A stretch of 64,000 bases of DNA, taken from Camelus dromedarius. Taxonomy: Eukaryota. Below the pieces are notes generated by a model. It saw nothing but the letters and a program-made list of their open reading frames with translations, ran no database searches and had not been told where the DNA came from. This document shows, in pieces, positions 24,966 through 38,556 of the stretch. A program made the position numbers and the translations under genes. Numbering within the stretch: the stretch's first letter is position 1; the number at the start of each line of letters is the position of its first letter. The stretch is from the NCBI RefSeq assembly GCF_036321535.1, contig NC_087437.1, positions 9,488,001 through 9,552,000 of the forward strand, read 5' to 3'.

Positions 24966-26111
24966 TGTTTAAAAGGTAGTATGTGTTTGAGTGGTAAATG
25001 TAGACCATAGGAAGCATGCAATCATGGTATACATCTGAATATTCTAGATAACCAGTACCCCTTTTTCCCCTTAGTTACAGTTTGCCATTTTATTTCTTAG
25101 TCTCTTGCAGTGCAACATCCCTTTCCTTCTTTATAAAACAATAATAATAGAAAAAATTTGAAGATTTGCCTCTAAGTGAAATACTGCAACACATTGATTA
25201 TTTTCAATTTTTTTCCCATTTCTCTTCCAGGCATTACCCATATGCATTCTTTTTAAGAAAAATAATTTTATGTTTTGTGTTCTTTGCACCATTACAAAAT
25301 GTTTTCCATATAGTTTTAATAATGATTCATTATAATGGCTTTATAATGTTTGAGTTACCATAAAATTACCATGACGGACTTAGCTATAACTTTTAAATTC
25401 ATATTTGAGTAGTTTCAAGAATTTTAATAATACTATATTTAACATATGTAGCTTTTTCCCTTTCTTTCAACACCTTTACTGAGATATAATTCACAGACGG
25501 TGCAATTCCCCCATTTAACGTATACAATTCAGTAGTTTTTAGTAGATTCATGTTATTTTGTATGTCAACTATATTTCAATTAAAGAAAGAGTGATTACAA
25601 AATTCCAAGCTGGGAGAAAGACTCCACTTTGTTCCCCAAGGCTCACACCTGCTGTGCTCAGTAAAGCCAGAAAGCTTTGACCAACTCCTGCAAAGAGCTG
25701 CCCTTTAGAACTGGGTAAAGAGAAACACTCGTTGTCACCATCCTAGCATTTGAGGTGGTCAAGGGAATTTGTGGGGAGCAGTCAGAAGCAATCCATCTGA
25801 GTAAGGCTCATATATTAGCTGGTTTTCCCATCTGGTGCTCTAGCCTCTGGAGGAATAGCAGCTAATAAAAATAATTTTTTAAAAAAACCCATGTTAAAAC
25901 AACAAAGTTAAATTCTTACTCTTAAATTAACACACACTTTAGGAAAAAAAAAATACCCACTGCTAGGAAGGTTACAGACATTTGAGAACCCTTTGGGAAA
26001 TCAGTTTGAGCAATAGGTATCGAGGAGCATGCTGTAAAAGGTTCTTATCTTTCAATCTAATAATATCTTTAGAACTCTTGGATTAAAGGAATATTTCAAA
26101 GAGAAAATCTA

Positions 26112-26855
26112 CACAGCCTAGTAATTCTATTCCTAGGACTATACACCCAAGAGACATGAAAACCTACTTCCCCATGAAGACCTGTACATAAATGTTCACA
26201 GCCGCATTATTTATACAGCCAAAAAGTTGAAACAAGACAAATGCTGTCAACTGATGAATAGATAAAGTATGCTATATTTATATAATGGAATGTAATTTGG
26301 TGATAAGAAGGAGTGAGCTTCAAATATGTGCTACCACATGGATGAACCTTGAGGACGTTACGCCAAGTGAAATATGCCAGACACAAAACGAAAAATAGCA
26401 CATCTATGAGGCAGCTGGAGTAGTCGGATTCATCAAGACAGAAAGCAGAATGGGGGCTGACAAGGATTGGTGGAGGGGAATAGGGAGCTGTTGAATGGAT
26501 ACCGAGTTTCAGTTTGGGAAGATGAAAAAATTCTGGAGATGGACAGTGGTGATGGTTGCATACCATCTGAATGTACTTAATGCCATTGAACTATACACTG
26601 TAAAAATGGCTAAAATGGTAAATTTTATGTTATGTACATGTTGACAAAATTTTTAAAATGGAGCAAAAAGACCACAGATTGTGAAAGTCCATTTATATGA
26701 ATTATCTAGAATTATCTAGAATTGTCCAGAATCTAGGCAGAGTTATAGAGAGATTAGTGGGTGCCTAGGTTTGGGGCAAATGGGAAGTGACTGCAAATGG
26801 ATATGGAATGATGAAAAGGTTCCCAAACTGATTGTGGTAATGGCTGCACAACCTA
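26112..26855 (+). mobile_element. L1MB-type 3' ends (probably two pieces)
   Basis: GAGTTTCAGTTTGGGAAGATGAAAAAATTCTGGAGATGGACAGTGGTGATGGTTGCA...AATGTACTTAATGCCATTGAACT is a hallmark of L1MB1-3 3' UTRs. Confidence 0.85.
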
Positions 26856-28567
26856 GCCAGCAGTCATTTTAAAAATTACATGAAAGATAGTTATTTTGGA
26901 GAAGTTCCATTGAAAGTAAGAAAAAGTCATTTTAGGATGACTTTAGCGGTGACAATGAAATTAATAACCACAAAATCTTTTATCTGGTTGTGATCTTTGT
27001 TGTCATAACAGCAGAATAAAAATAAGCCAAAAAAGGAAAGGGGGATAGAGTTGTTCTGTAACATCAGTCTCACTGTATTTCATACACAGCCAGCCAGCTA
27101 ACGTGGACCCTGCTGTTAGTTACCTGACACCTATTTCCTTCTCTTTCTTTCCTGAAGTACCCTCATTATGTTCAAATAGGCACACAGCCCACGAGACTCA
27201 CCACTGATCTCATCTCATCTTGACCTCCAAGTCCAGGTACCAAAACTCCATCCCCTGTATGAAGGATTGACTCGGGAATAGACACCTGCCATGATGTGAC
27301 CAATTGGACACAGAGGAATTTCTCTTTGAAATATTCGTTTAAGCTAAGAGTCATAAAGACATTATTAGATCAAAGATAAGAACCTTTTACAGCATGTTCC
27401 TGGGTATCTATTGCCCCAAATTTTTCCAAAGTGTTCTTTGTGGGCTTCTTAGAAAGATCTTTTTTGTTTACCTGGAGAAGATAACAGGAGATTCTCTTTC
27501 TTCCATTCAATAGGAATGAGGAAAGATGCAACTTTTGCCATCCCATCCTATGAAATTTGAGGAGGAAGTTGGCACTTCAGACTTCAGAATAGATGGTTGA
27601 TGATTCTATCCCTGACCTTTTGAATCAGTCAACACTGAGCTTCACTGTACACGTGCCTTCCTAGTTAGGCATGCCCAAAAAAGGATCACTTTCTAAAAAG
27701 CAATTTCATTATACTTTCTGTTACTTGTGTATATCCTAAGTGATTGACTGGCCTAGGAAATGCTAAATAAATGGCCTTACATAAATCCACTTGTTCACTC
27801 ACAGATAGTCCTGGCTTTAAATAAACATGGATTTACAGCATTTTAGTATTTATTTAAATTCAGATCAATTAGAGGCAGTGTCATAAGTGAGATCTAGCCA
27901 GAAAACAGGAGATTCTCAACAGCTAAGAAGGAAAGATAAAACACAGTGAGGCTATCTAGAGTTTGTGTATTTGTTTAGGTTTGGGGGAAAAGAAGCAAAA
28001 AGAGATGAAATTCATAGTGCTAAATAGATTCCGTGTGACCATATAGCAAATGGCTTACATTTTTTCCATTGTAAAATTTGCTTAGAACAGTTTTCCCTCC
28101 AGAACGTTGTTATGATAACATATGATTCCTCCAAAATTCTCCAGTTGGATGATGCTCCCTGCTGAATGACCCTCAGCGCTCTCAGGAATATAGCGAACAC
28201 AATGTGATTTGGAAGTGGGATTGAAATGAAATTACTTTTTAAAAATACCTAAACCAATACATATGTTCACTAAGGTGAAATACACAAGTAATAAACATTA
28301 GCATATGGTCTAATCGGGAAAACTAAAAGAAACATGGGGAAAGAGGCATGCAGCCCAGAAGAGGGAAGGATTTATATGTTATTTGGAAAGTTTTTGGTAA
28401 ACCAGAAATTATACTTGAAACTATGTTGTTCCAGAGAGAGAAGTTGTTTTCTCCTCTTCCTTACATTACTAATGGTGCGTCATTTCCAGAAAAACAAAAA
28501 TTCTTCCAGGTCTAACAGTTTTGTTTCTCTAACCAAATGTATCCTTTTCAAAAAAAAAAATATTGAC

Positions 28568-29214
28568 ATTTATCCCTTCCCCACCCTGTTTCCTTCCCAG
28601 TAACAATAGGTTTGTTTTCTATGTCTGTGAGTCTGTTTCTGTTTTGTATAAGTTCATTTCTGCCACTTTTTAAAAGATTCCACAGATAAGTGACATCACA
28701 TGGTATTTTTCTTTCTCTTTTTGTCTTACTTCACTTAGAATGACGATCTCCTGGTCATTCATGGTGCTACAGATAACAATATTTTATTCTTTTTTATGGC
28801 TGAGTAGCATTCCATTGTAAAATGCTCAGTATTGCTAATTATCAGAGAAACACAAGTCAAAACTACAATGAGGTATCACCTCACACCAGTCAGAATGGCC
28901 ATCATTAAAAAGTCCACAAACAATAAATGCTAGAGAGGGTGTGGAGAAAAGGGAACCCTCCTGCACTGCTGGTGGGAATGTAGTTTGGTGCAGCCACTAT
29001 GGAAAACAGTATGGAGGTTCCTTAAAAAACTAAAACTAGAGTTGCCATGTGACCCAGAAATCCCACTCCAGGGCATATATCCAGAGGAAACTCTAATTCA
29101 AAAAAGACACGTGCACCCCAACGTTCATAGCAGCACTATTTACAATAGCCAAGACCTGAAAGCAACCTAAATGCCCATCGACACATGACTGGATAAAGAA
29201 GATGTGGTATATTT
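28568..29214. mobile_element. Young L1 with internal inversion (minus 28568-28819, plus 28820-29214)
   Basis: An antisense 3' UTR/ORF2 end abuts a sense ORF2 segment ([28 protein letters not shown]). The two parts are adjacent in the L1 consensus. Confidence 0.9.
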
Positions 29215-29982
29215 GTATATTTAATGTCTTCAAACAACAGCAATTTTATATACATATAAAATATTTGTGTGTGTGTGTGTTTTCAATGTGTCTTTCAATT
29301 TGGTATCCTTAGATTGCATTCCATAATCCCTGAACTGTTGTAGAAGCAAAGAAAATGAATAGATTCTGAACATGACTTTAAAAGAACTCATAGGCTGCTT
29401 TGGAAGCACCTTCTGAATGAGGGTGAGAAGGGGGAGCCTGGAGCCTGGGAAGCCAGGCAGGCGAGGAAAGATGTGTCTAGACTTTTTAACTTATATATTT
29501 ATCTATTGTCGATGACACCACCACAGTAAGAGCTTCTGAAGAACTTTTAATTGCTGATGATGGAAGCAAAGAGGAAAGAAAAATTTATTTTTTCAGGGCT
29601 GATGCTGTTAGTTGTTTGCTATTCCTGTCCTTCAGAAATAGCTTTGGTCCATAAACAAAAAAGGTATTTAGAAGAGGTGCCAAGAGAGAAACATAAAGAA
29701 GGAGTTTTTAAAGTCATTTCTTCAATTGTTATCATCCAACACTTAATCTGGGATTTACTCCTCTCTGGCTCTCTCGCCCCGCCCTCATCTCTTCCTCTAA
29801 CCAATTTTAGGACTTAAACACCTTTACCCTTCTCCTCATGAGACCAACAAGCTGTCAAGACTGTGAAGATGAGGTGGAGAAAGTCAGCTGGGTGTGTTTA
29901 TTTATGGATTCACAAATACAGTCATGGGATAAAATACATTACATCCACCTAAAAAGAAAATGCTCAGATCTGCATTCTAGAC

Positions 29983-30322
29983 CAAGAGTTGGCACATTTT
30001 TTCTGGAAAGAGCCAGATAGTAAACCTTTTAGATTATGCGTACAATATCCTTTATCACCACTACTCAACCCTGCTATGATAGTGAACAAGTAGGCTTAGA
30101 CAACACAGAAATGAAGGAGCGTTGCTGGGTTCCCATAAAACTTTCTTTATGGATGCTGAAATTTGAATTTCATATAATTTCCACATACCATGAAATATTA
30201 TTGTTCTTTTGATTTTTGTCTTTGAATCATCTAAAACCTATTAAAAAAGTCTTAGCTCAAGGGTGCACAAAAACACCTTTGGTGGGCATATTTGGCCCCT
30301 GGCCCATAGTTGTCTGACCTTG
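29983..30322 (+). mobile_element. MER58B-like hAT-Charlie MITE
   Basis: Collinear with the MER58B consensus (GAGCCAGATAGTAAA...CTACTCAAC...CTGAAATTTGAATTTCATATAATTT). Degenerate terminal inverted repeats and an 8-bp hAT-type TSD TTCTAGAC/TTCCAGAT. Confidence 0.85.
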
Positions 30323-30829
30323 TTCCAGATCCACCCCGTCCTAAAGATCTCAGAATGATGGGAACCAGGAAGAATTACCCAACTGATTCTAGGATTCTCT
30401 CTCTTCCCATTCCTTGAGCCCATCATATTACTTTTGTACATCGCAGTATGAGCAATCTTAAGCAGGGACATAAAACTTATCTAAAGAGCACATTATGATT
30501 TTTATGAAAGGGGTGTAAAAAATTCAAAGTATTCATCTTTATAGCTCTATAAATTGTAAAGCCTTTCACATGGCACAAACACTAGAGTGATAGGAACAAA
30601 AATTCAAAAAAAGTTAAGGGAAATTTTTTTTCGTGTTTCATGGTCACATTTCTTCCTATGGGCCTTTTTTTTTAAAAAGTCTCTGATTTAGGGACGTATG
30701 TTATAGCCTTTGTTCTTTCAGTCACTGACTGGTGTGTAAAAACCACTGAATTTAATGTCTTCAAAGGACAGCAATGTAAGATGCCTACAGTATGGTGGGG
30801 TGGCCGTGGGGCTCTTCCCTTGGTCTCTT

Positions 30830-31090
30830 CTGGGCTTCTCATGTAGCTGCGTTCGGCTGGTGGGTAGACAGGAGCCTGGACTCACCTGGCACGTCACTCT
30901 CTCCCCATCCCAAGCTTAGGCTCAGGGCAGCATTCCAGGTGAGCACAGGTCGAAGCTGCAAAGCCTCCTGAAGCTCAGGCTCCAGAATTTGCAAGATGTA
31001 TCATCATTTCCTCTATATTCTACTGTTCAAAGCAAGTCAGAAAACCAGCCTAGATTTAACAGGGAATTTGGGGCCACCAAACACCCTACC
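30830..31090. mobile_element. MLT1 (MLT1H-like) LTR fragment
   Basis: GAAGCTGCAAAGCCTCCTGAAG...GGCTCCAGAA...ATTCTACTGTTCAAAGCAAGTCA...CCAGCCTAGATT. Confidence 0.65.
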
Positions 31091-31170
31091 ATACCACACT
31101 TAACTCTGGGCTTCTTAAGGGGCACAAATTATTGCTTTTATTTTGAATCATTTAGATTTTCATAACTGCA

Positions 31171-31690
31171 TATTAAAGTAATAGGGAAGAACAAATCTGA
31201 CTCCATAGGAGATCTCTTCCTTTAGCTCTAACTTTGTGCTCTGTTTCCTGTTCTCATTCAAGCTGGTTCTGCACCTTTTGCAAAAGAATGTTGCCTCGAG
31301 CCTGAAATACACAAGATAGCCCATTTTCAAGGCTCTGACCTTTAAGGATATAACACTTTTCTGTTCATATAAAGATAAAAAGTTGCAGAACCAAAAATAA
31401 CATTTGTCTTGTTGGAGGTTTACAGGGACACCATGACCTATGTGAACAGCTGCAAGGACAAAGGATTCCGATCTCAAGAAGTTTGCAATAACCAACCATA
31501 CTCACCCTCTTTCAGTATAAAAAGAAGCCAGAATTCTGATTTGGGGAAGATGGTTCTCTAGGACATTAGCCTGCCATTTTCTTGGTTTGCTGGTTTTCCA
31601 AATAAAGTCGTTATTCCTTGCCCCAACATCTGGTCTCCCTATTTATTGGCCTGTCATGCGGCCAGCAGAATGAATTTGGACTCAGTAATG
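31171..31690 (+). mobile_element. ERV1-class solo LTR (ungulate-type)
   Basis: U3-R-U5 layout: start AATCTGACTCCAT, TATAAAAA at 31516, AATAAA at 31601, and a U5 ending TTTATTGGCCTGTCATGCGG...TTTGGACTCAGTAA. No flanking internal ERV sequence is visible. Confidence 0.8.
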
Positions 31691-32299
31691 TTAAGAGAAA
31701 CAACTTCAATGATATGGTTATAAAGCTTAGCAATGAGCTTTCAGAAGAACACAGAAGAACACCATTTACAAGACTAGGTGTTGTCACAGAATTGCTTTAT
31801 CTTGGCTCTTGTCACTTCTGGAAAACTTGGAAAGATGTCCTGCTGAGTCAATGCAGAGGATGAGCATGAAGGAAATGCTCGTAGGAACCTCAGATATGTC
31901 AGGGAAAGGCTTTGAGGCAGGTACTTGAAGAAGAAATGTAGAAACAAAGAAAATGGGAACACATTCGTCATGGTCACGGTCAGAACTGTGGATCCGGAAG
32001 AGCTCCCACAATGCACTTAGGCATGAGTCAATAATAAAATGGCCAGCCTCCCTTGTTAGAGGGTTTCTAGTTCAGATTTAAGACCTTCTTTGTCAAGAAT
32101 ACCCCACTAGCTCTTTACGAGACTGGAAAACACATTTTCAAAGTCACTAGGAAACAGTTGGAGCTCTGAGTTTCCATAGTTCGAATGACAGGGAGGAGAG
32201 ATGAAGCCAGGAGTACTGCTGTTGCAGGATAGGAGACTGACCCATCCATCATGACCTGGTGCTCAAGTCAGCCCCATGCAAAAAGCTGTCAGTGGTATT

Positions 32300-32475
32300 A
32301 ATAATAACTTTTCTTCAAACCAAGCTGCCATCTTTTGTAAGTTGCATCCTGATTTATAAACCATTCAGTATACAACTATAACTGTAAAGTGTCACCAGTT
32401 ATAAGATGCATACTGATTGATTTTAGAGATAAGCTGTAAGAGAACATGCATTTTAGAGGTAATCAAATTTGCTAG
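32300..32475. mobile_element. Possible Tc2/MER104-like DNA transposon relic
   Basis: Repeated TAAG(A/T)TGCAT motifs and terminal TGCATTTTAGA...AAATTTGCTAGTA. Confidence 0.4.
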
Positions 32476-32476
32476 T

Positions 32477-32735
32477 AATAATAGCAACAAACACATGAAC
32501 TGAATGACGAGCCTAAGAACGCGCTAACAACTTTCATGTCTTCTTCTATCAATGCTGATAATAGTCCATGACAAACTTTCTATTATTCTGATTCTAGTGT
32601 ATCGATAAGACCACTGAGGCCGAAGAGATTAGCTCAGAGGTCACCTATTCAAGGTCAGATGGCCAGTAAATGCAAAGCCAAGATTCTATCCTTGGTCTTC
32701 CTGACTCCAAAACCTGGCCTCTTAATCACTAAGCT
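32477..32735 (-). mobile_element. MIR SINE
   Basis: AATAATAGC...ACTGAGGCC...AGGTCAC...CTGACTCCAAAACCTGGCCTCTTAATCACTA. Confidence 0.7.
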
Positions 32736-33319
32736 CTGTGGCTTTTTCTGCAAATTGGCCATGGACCCGTAGCAGGATGTGGCTCAATTAGCCCTCATGA
32801 AAACAAACAAGTTAAAACAAATTAAGACTTCAAAGACATAAAACTAAAACAGAATGGGGAAAAGTGCGATCACTGTCACTTTTCCATCTCTCAGAGGGCA
32901 GAGGAAAGAACGTGATCATTACATAAAAGGCCGTGAGCTCTCTATTCCCAGACATCTTCATAAGGACATCTCGTTCCTTCCTTTTCCCCTTTTCTTATGC
33001 TCGCTAAAGTTTGAGCACCGCCATCTGGCAGGTAGTGTTCAAACTTGACAGAGCATGTGAATTGCTGTATACAAGATCCTAAAAAATCTGTACTTTTTGA
33101 GCAACTTGGAAATATTCAAGAAAAGTTGTGTCTTTAGCCAGTGTTGGTGTGCAAAGGTATTGGGGATTTCATCAGTCTTAAATGGGATACCACTGCTTAA
33201 GCCAGAAAGTACCCAGCAGATGATACTTGTCAGTATTCAGTGCTGTTCCATCTAATTCTAATATTCTACCATTACTTACTTAGATATTAATTTTTGGAAT
33301 GGGATTGGACCCATTATTT

Positions 33320-33675
33320 TTTTATCTATTCAACAAAGTTTGATAAATTCCCCCTTAAGTCAGATGTGACATCTATATACCCTGCTGGGGATGCTACAAT
33401 GAAATATTTAGTCCCTGGTTTCAAAGAGTTGGTGGCCTACAAACAACCAGGTGTTGAATAAATGGCTGTGACTGAAGTCTGCTCAGGATAACTCAACAGC
33501 ACAGATGACAGACACATGTCCCACCTGGGTTGACCAATTTAGCTTTCCTGACAAGTGGAGGCGCCCGCTGAATATTTTTAAAATGTAAGAATTAGCCAAG
33601 ATAGATGATGATAAATGGCTTGCAAGTAAGAGGGGAAAAGCAAGTCAAAGGCAAGGAGGCAAGAACGTTCAAGAG
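33320..33675 (-). mobile_element. L2 fragment
   Basis: ATTCAACAAAGTTT tail, GTCCCTGGTTTCAAAGAGTT and AGCAAGTCAAAGGCAAGGAGG. Confidence 0.5.
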
Positions 33676-33834
33676 CAAGGGTGGTGCCAACACTTCACGT
33701 TACTCTGCAGCTTGTGTTCTCCACCACCCATCAGGATACAGCCTACAGACTGGGTGAACCAGCCCGAGCTCGCTCTTTTCAGAGGCTCCATGGGAATCCC
33801 AAGACTTGACGCACACGCTCAGTCACCTAGTCCT

Positions 33835-34530
33835 CCACGGATGGACACTCAGATTATTTCAGGGCTTTGCTACTACAGACAATGTGGCCATAAACATGCC
33901 TTTACGTACAACTAAAGGCTTAGGTGTTTTGATTTCTCCTGAGAGCAATTTCCAAATTTGACACTGTTGAGTCAAAGAATATTACTGAAAAAAAGAAAAT
34001 GCCAGACTAGTGTATCAATTCATCTTCTTACCTAGCAGTGTAGGTTACAAATCTTAATACATTTTGCTAATTTTATAAGCACAATAATAACTCTTCATTG
34101 TAATTGGTACTATCCTGACCATTGAAGAGGTTGAAAATGTTTCCTTTTCTATGATTATCCTATTTAAATCGACTGAGCATTTTCCCCATTGTCTTTTTCT
34201 TGTCATTTTTAGTGGTTCTTTTGAATACTTAGGTTATCAATCACTTTTCTTTCAAATTATGCACACTTCTCCTACTGTTTGTCTTTTGACTTCTTAATGA
34301 TGACTTTGACGTTGTTCGCTTCATTTATGATGTATTTTGTTATAACATTATTTTTAACTTCTGTACATTTATAAGCATTTTTCTTTGCTTTTATACATTT
34401 TTCAGTTTCTGATCTTTCTCTAGAAAGTCTCCTATACCTTGAAGTTACATAGAGATTAATTTTAAATTTCTTCTAATGCTATTTCTAACATTTAGCTTTT
34501 TTGTACACCTTAAGGCTATATATGATCTTT
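33835..34530 (-). mobile_element. Old L1ME fragment
   Basis: T-rich antisense ORF2-end/3' motifs (TTTGCTACTACAGACAATG...ATAAACAT; TTTGCTAATTTTATAAG...CTCTTCATTG). Confidence 0.55.
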
Positions 34531-37282
34531 CAGATTAAAAAAAAAGCAAAGAGAGGTAACTGGTTTTGATATAAATAATAACTACATAGATAATGCTTCT
34601 CACCAGTACAGGTCGACTTGGACCCCATTCTACTTTGTTCTGAGGCCAGGCAGACAAAACAGACTTTCTTTGGTAGGATGGTAATCTGGAATTCCTCCCA
34701 TTTTGGATGGATGTGCTAATAGGGTGATGGAGTAAGGTAGGAAGGCAAATGAATTTTATCCCCAGATCTGATCCTTATCCGATCTGAGTCCCACCTTATT
34801 TCCAGCAGTTTGAATTGAGTTTGATCCATTTTTGAAAAGCCAGGCAATGACTGGCAAGCGTGAAGGAAAACTTCAGACTCAATTTGGTCAACCAGAGGTT
34901 CTTGGGAGCCACAGGGGATGATTACGGTGCTATTTCTTTATATTGATACTGTAATTAGATCTTTGGAGTGGTTGTGTATATATTAGTCTGAGAATGTGAA
35001 TTTATAGCCAAAGGGTTGTTTCACAGTTGTAAAACTTTGAAAGTGGAATAAAAGTCTTTTCTTGCTTAGCTCAGCCCCACAGTCAATCCATCACATTCTG
35101 AATGCCAAAATGGTGCAGAAATACAGTACTTTTCGGCTTTGGTTACTTTTATATTTGATCTGCTGTCAAACAGCAGTTAGGCTGATGCACAAGGATTATT
35201 TTGATAAGGCCGTTTCTAAAGACGGAGTTCAAAACGAGAACATTATGGTCTTCTCCACTAGTGCCAAATAAATGGTATTCTGCCAGGCATTGTTGGGGCG
35301 CTTCTGAAAATCTGTTCTCCTTCAAATTGCACTGCATCAAGTTTTCTGAAGAATGCTTGGTCCTTGTTTGAAATAGTTTAGAGTAAAAGCTTTTAAGAAT
35401 AGTTTCTTTAGAATCTGGGGTGGCTTTTATAGGAAACTATGGTTTATCCTAGAGAGTAGTTTCCGGATAATTGCTAGAGAATGACTGTGGTTGTATTTCA
35501 GAACAAGCTGAACAGACCACCCCTGTGTGGGGAGCTCTGAACAGCTGGAAGATGGTGTAAGGATGATGAGCTCTTGGGTGTGGGGAAGAGGGTTTCAGAA
35601 CCGGCAGGTGAAAACACTCAGGTCAATCTCAGGTCCTTTATCACTTTGCTCTTTGCTGAGGGTTTTTAAATGGGTGTCATTAGCGGCCCAGGAGTTATCC
35701 TGGCCATTTGAGTTACCCCTAAGGCTATGTTTCAGCCCAGGAGAAAGGCAAGACTATTGTCTGTTTTAGATAAGTGGGTTCTGGGGGTACAAAGCTATTT
35801 ATATCTCTTATGCTCTGTGGTCCAAGTAAGTAATAGGCCAAGTCTGATTCAAGGGTGGTAACCATTGAATACATTAATTTGTTAATTCAACTAAGATGTA
35901 TTGAGCTCTTAATATATGTAGGGCATTATACTAAGCACTGCAGAAAAAACCAAGGCGCTACCTAATAGTGGACCTACATTAAAGTCAGAATGAGGTAAAG
36001 AGGAATAATCAAGGCATTGCCAGTTTTGAAAAGGAAAGAAATCCCAGTAGATGGTGAATTCTTTGTGCGTGTGTGTGAATTCTTAATGAAAGAGTTATTT
36101 GACACGAACGTGGACGGGCAGAAACAATTCCCAGGATCCCAGGTGGAGACAGGAGGACTGGTCCTGCTAAGGTGCGAGGAGTGTATTCATCCTAACTTTC
36201 AGTCGAGTGAGCACCAGCTCCATCCAAAGCACCCTGCTTCTTGCTGAGGGATACGGTAGAAACAGGCACGGATTGCCCAGAAATGAGCTCCAGCACCAAG
36301 GAGTTTACACATCACACATCAATAAATGTGACACAAGAGTGAAAGAAATGCATTACCCAGGAAGTACAGGTCCTTGTTCTGGGAACTGTGCTGGAATTTA
36401 GAGAGATGATACTCAGCGCGACAGGAGGCTAGAGACTGGGGATTTGGAGAAACGCACGCATCTTACAACATTCTCACCATGTTATCAGGTTGTCATCTTA
36501 CAAGAACCATAAAAGGTAAAGAATGCATGACATTGCATTACCCGTTATCCTTGTTTTACAGATGAGGAAATTTGGGTCAAGATAGGAGAGTTTTTGTTAT
36601 TATTTTTTGTTGTAGATTTATTTTACTCTTCAACATGTAGTTTCATAAGAATATTCTCGCTAAAGGAAATTCATCTTGAGTTGGGACTTACTTTATTCTA
36701 ATTCACCAGCTGATGGAACATTATGAGTGATGCTTTCTTGGCATTTTTGATTGGCAACCTGGATGCTGAAGTTGTCTAAAGTGGGAGTGATAAAGCTCAC
36801 CCCCGCCCCTTACAAAATCAAATAGGAAAGCCCTTTACAGATGAGAAATCACCATCCGAAATAAGGTGTTAAGTTTTGTATGCTGAACTTTCGGTCAATA
36901 TTTTCAGTGCAGTAAGATCATTCTTAAAATTCATCTCAGTGAAAGATGCTAAAAATTGGACATATGGACGCCTGTGAGGAGTCTGTCACAATCAGCAAAA
37001 TGCACTGTCGCTAAATTGTTCCCATTCTAGTTGGAGCTAGTATTTTCATTTAGCTTTGAAAGGCAAAAAAGTTCAATTTTACTGTCATTTTACAGAGCTG
37101 TCTTGTTCCGCCCCACACATAAACAGCAGTGTGCAGCACCATTGTGACTCTATGAGATAATTTAAGAGGTCCTGATGGACTTTACAATTGGTTTGGCAGA
37201 TATTGGTTTCACTTACACTACTATTGTACTTGTGACACTTTAAAAGATGTGTTGATGTACTGCTAAACCATGAACAGAGGGG

Positions 37283-37330
37283 GAAAAAAAAGAAGAAAAA
37301 AACAAAACAAAAACAAAACAAAACAAAAAA
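37283..37330. repeat. A-rich (AAAAC)n tract
   Basis: Directly visible. Confidence 0.85.
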
Positions 37331-37782
37331 ACCCCACCACCAACAAAGAAACAGAATTTGCTAATTTCTGACACAGGTGTTTGTATTACTTTGCAACTTC
37401 TTTCTTCCAGAGAATCATTTAGAGTTAAAATGGTTGGAGCTATTATTTGTCATTTAGTCTTCAGTCTGGTTCTATGAATGCCAGATCACAGGTCGCATAT
37501 CTAAGCTGCAAGTTTGCTGTCTGTAATAGAATAGAGCTTCCCGAGATTACAAATAAAGGGGGACAAAGAGTGTGGAGATTTAAATTTGCTTAGTGGCAAT
37601 ATTTTCTGCACAGAGTGACTTCTGGTGTAATGGAATATCATAGGGGCGATAATTTTGGTGGTGGCATGAATCCATGCATGAAAGCACCAAGTGCACTGTA
37701 GCTCGTCCAACCAGCATATTACAGCCTCTTTCTTCCTCTCCATCTTCTTCCCTTTCTTCTTTAAATCCCTATTCCATTTGTC

Positions 37783-37909
37783 GGGGAGGGTATAGCTCAG
37801 CAGTAGAGAGCAAGGGTTAACATACCCAAGGTCCTGGGTTCAACCCCAGTACCTCCTCCAAAAATAAATAATTACCCCCCCACAAAAATAATAAAAATAG
37901 AATATTAAA
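37783..37909 (+). mobile_element. tRNA-Ala-derived SINE (vic-1 type)
   Basis: GGGGAGGGTATAGCTCAG...GGTCCTGGGTTCAACCCCAGTACCTCC plus an A-rich tail. TSD AAATCCCTATTC at 37763-37774 and 37910-37921. Confidence 0.92.
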
Positions 37910-38556
37910 AAATCCCTATTCAGTTTGGAAATATACTCTATGAACTGATACGGATATCTTTCTAAGCAAAGATAGATTTGTTCAGTGTTAAATCTTAGAA
38001 GGATGAAATGAACAAATCAGGCCAGTTCCCATTAATTCAGAAAACATTTCAGCATTACCATCTCTCCCAAGGTAGGACATTTAAAAAAAATCCTCTAAAG
38101 GGTTTTTTTTTAAGTCCTGTAAGTGCTTTCCGACGTACAAATATACCTCCTGAAAAGACACCTGAATAACTCCCGCTGCATTTGCCCTATTATAACACCA
38201 GGCTGTTCAGCGAAAGGGCTTAAAGGACTTGGTTATTAGAGATAAGCTTTTTGTGGTTAATGAGGGCTCCTAAAATTCAACGTCTTTGACTTCTAAAGGA
38301 GAGCTTGACTGCGATTTCTACATCAAATGTCAGGTTAAGAAAATAACACCTGAATATAGGAACATATTTAAAGATCCACACAAAAACAGGCCACTAGAGC
38401 AAAAATGAATCAATTGACGATGACCATGAAGTAACTCTATACGACATATAAAGCATCCAGAGCACGCTAGAATTGACAACTACACCATAGTTCTGATTTC
38501 TGGGGACCCTGCTAGTAACATACAGAGCACAATTCTGCTGCAAAATCAGAATGAAC

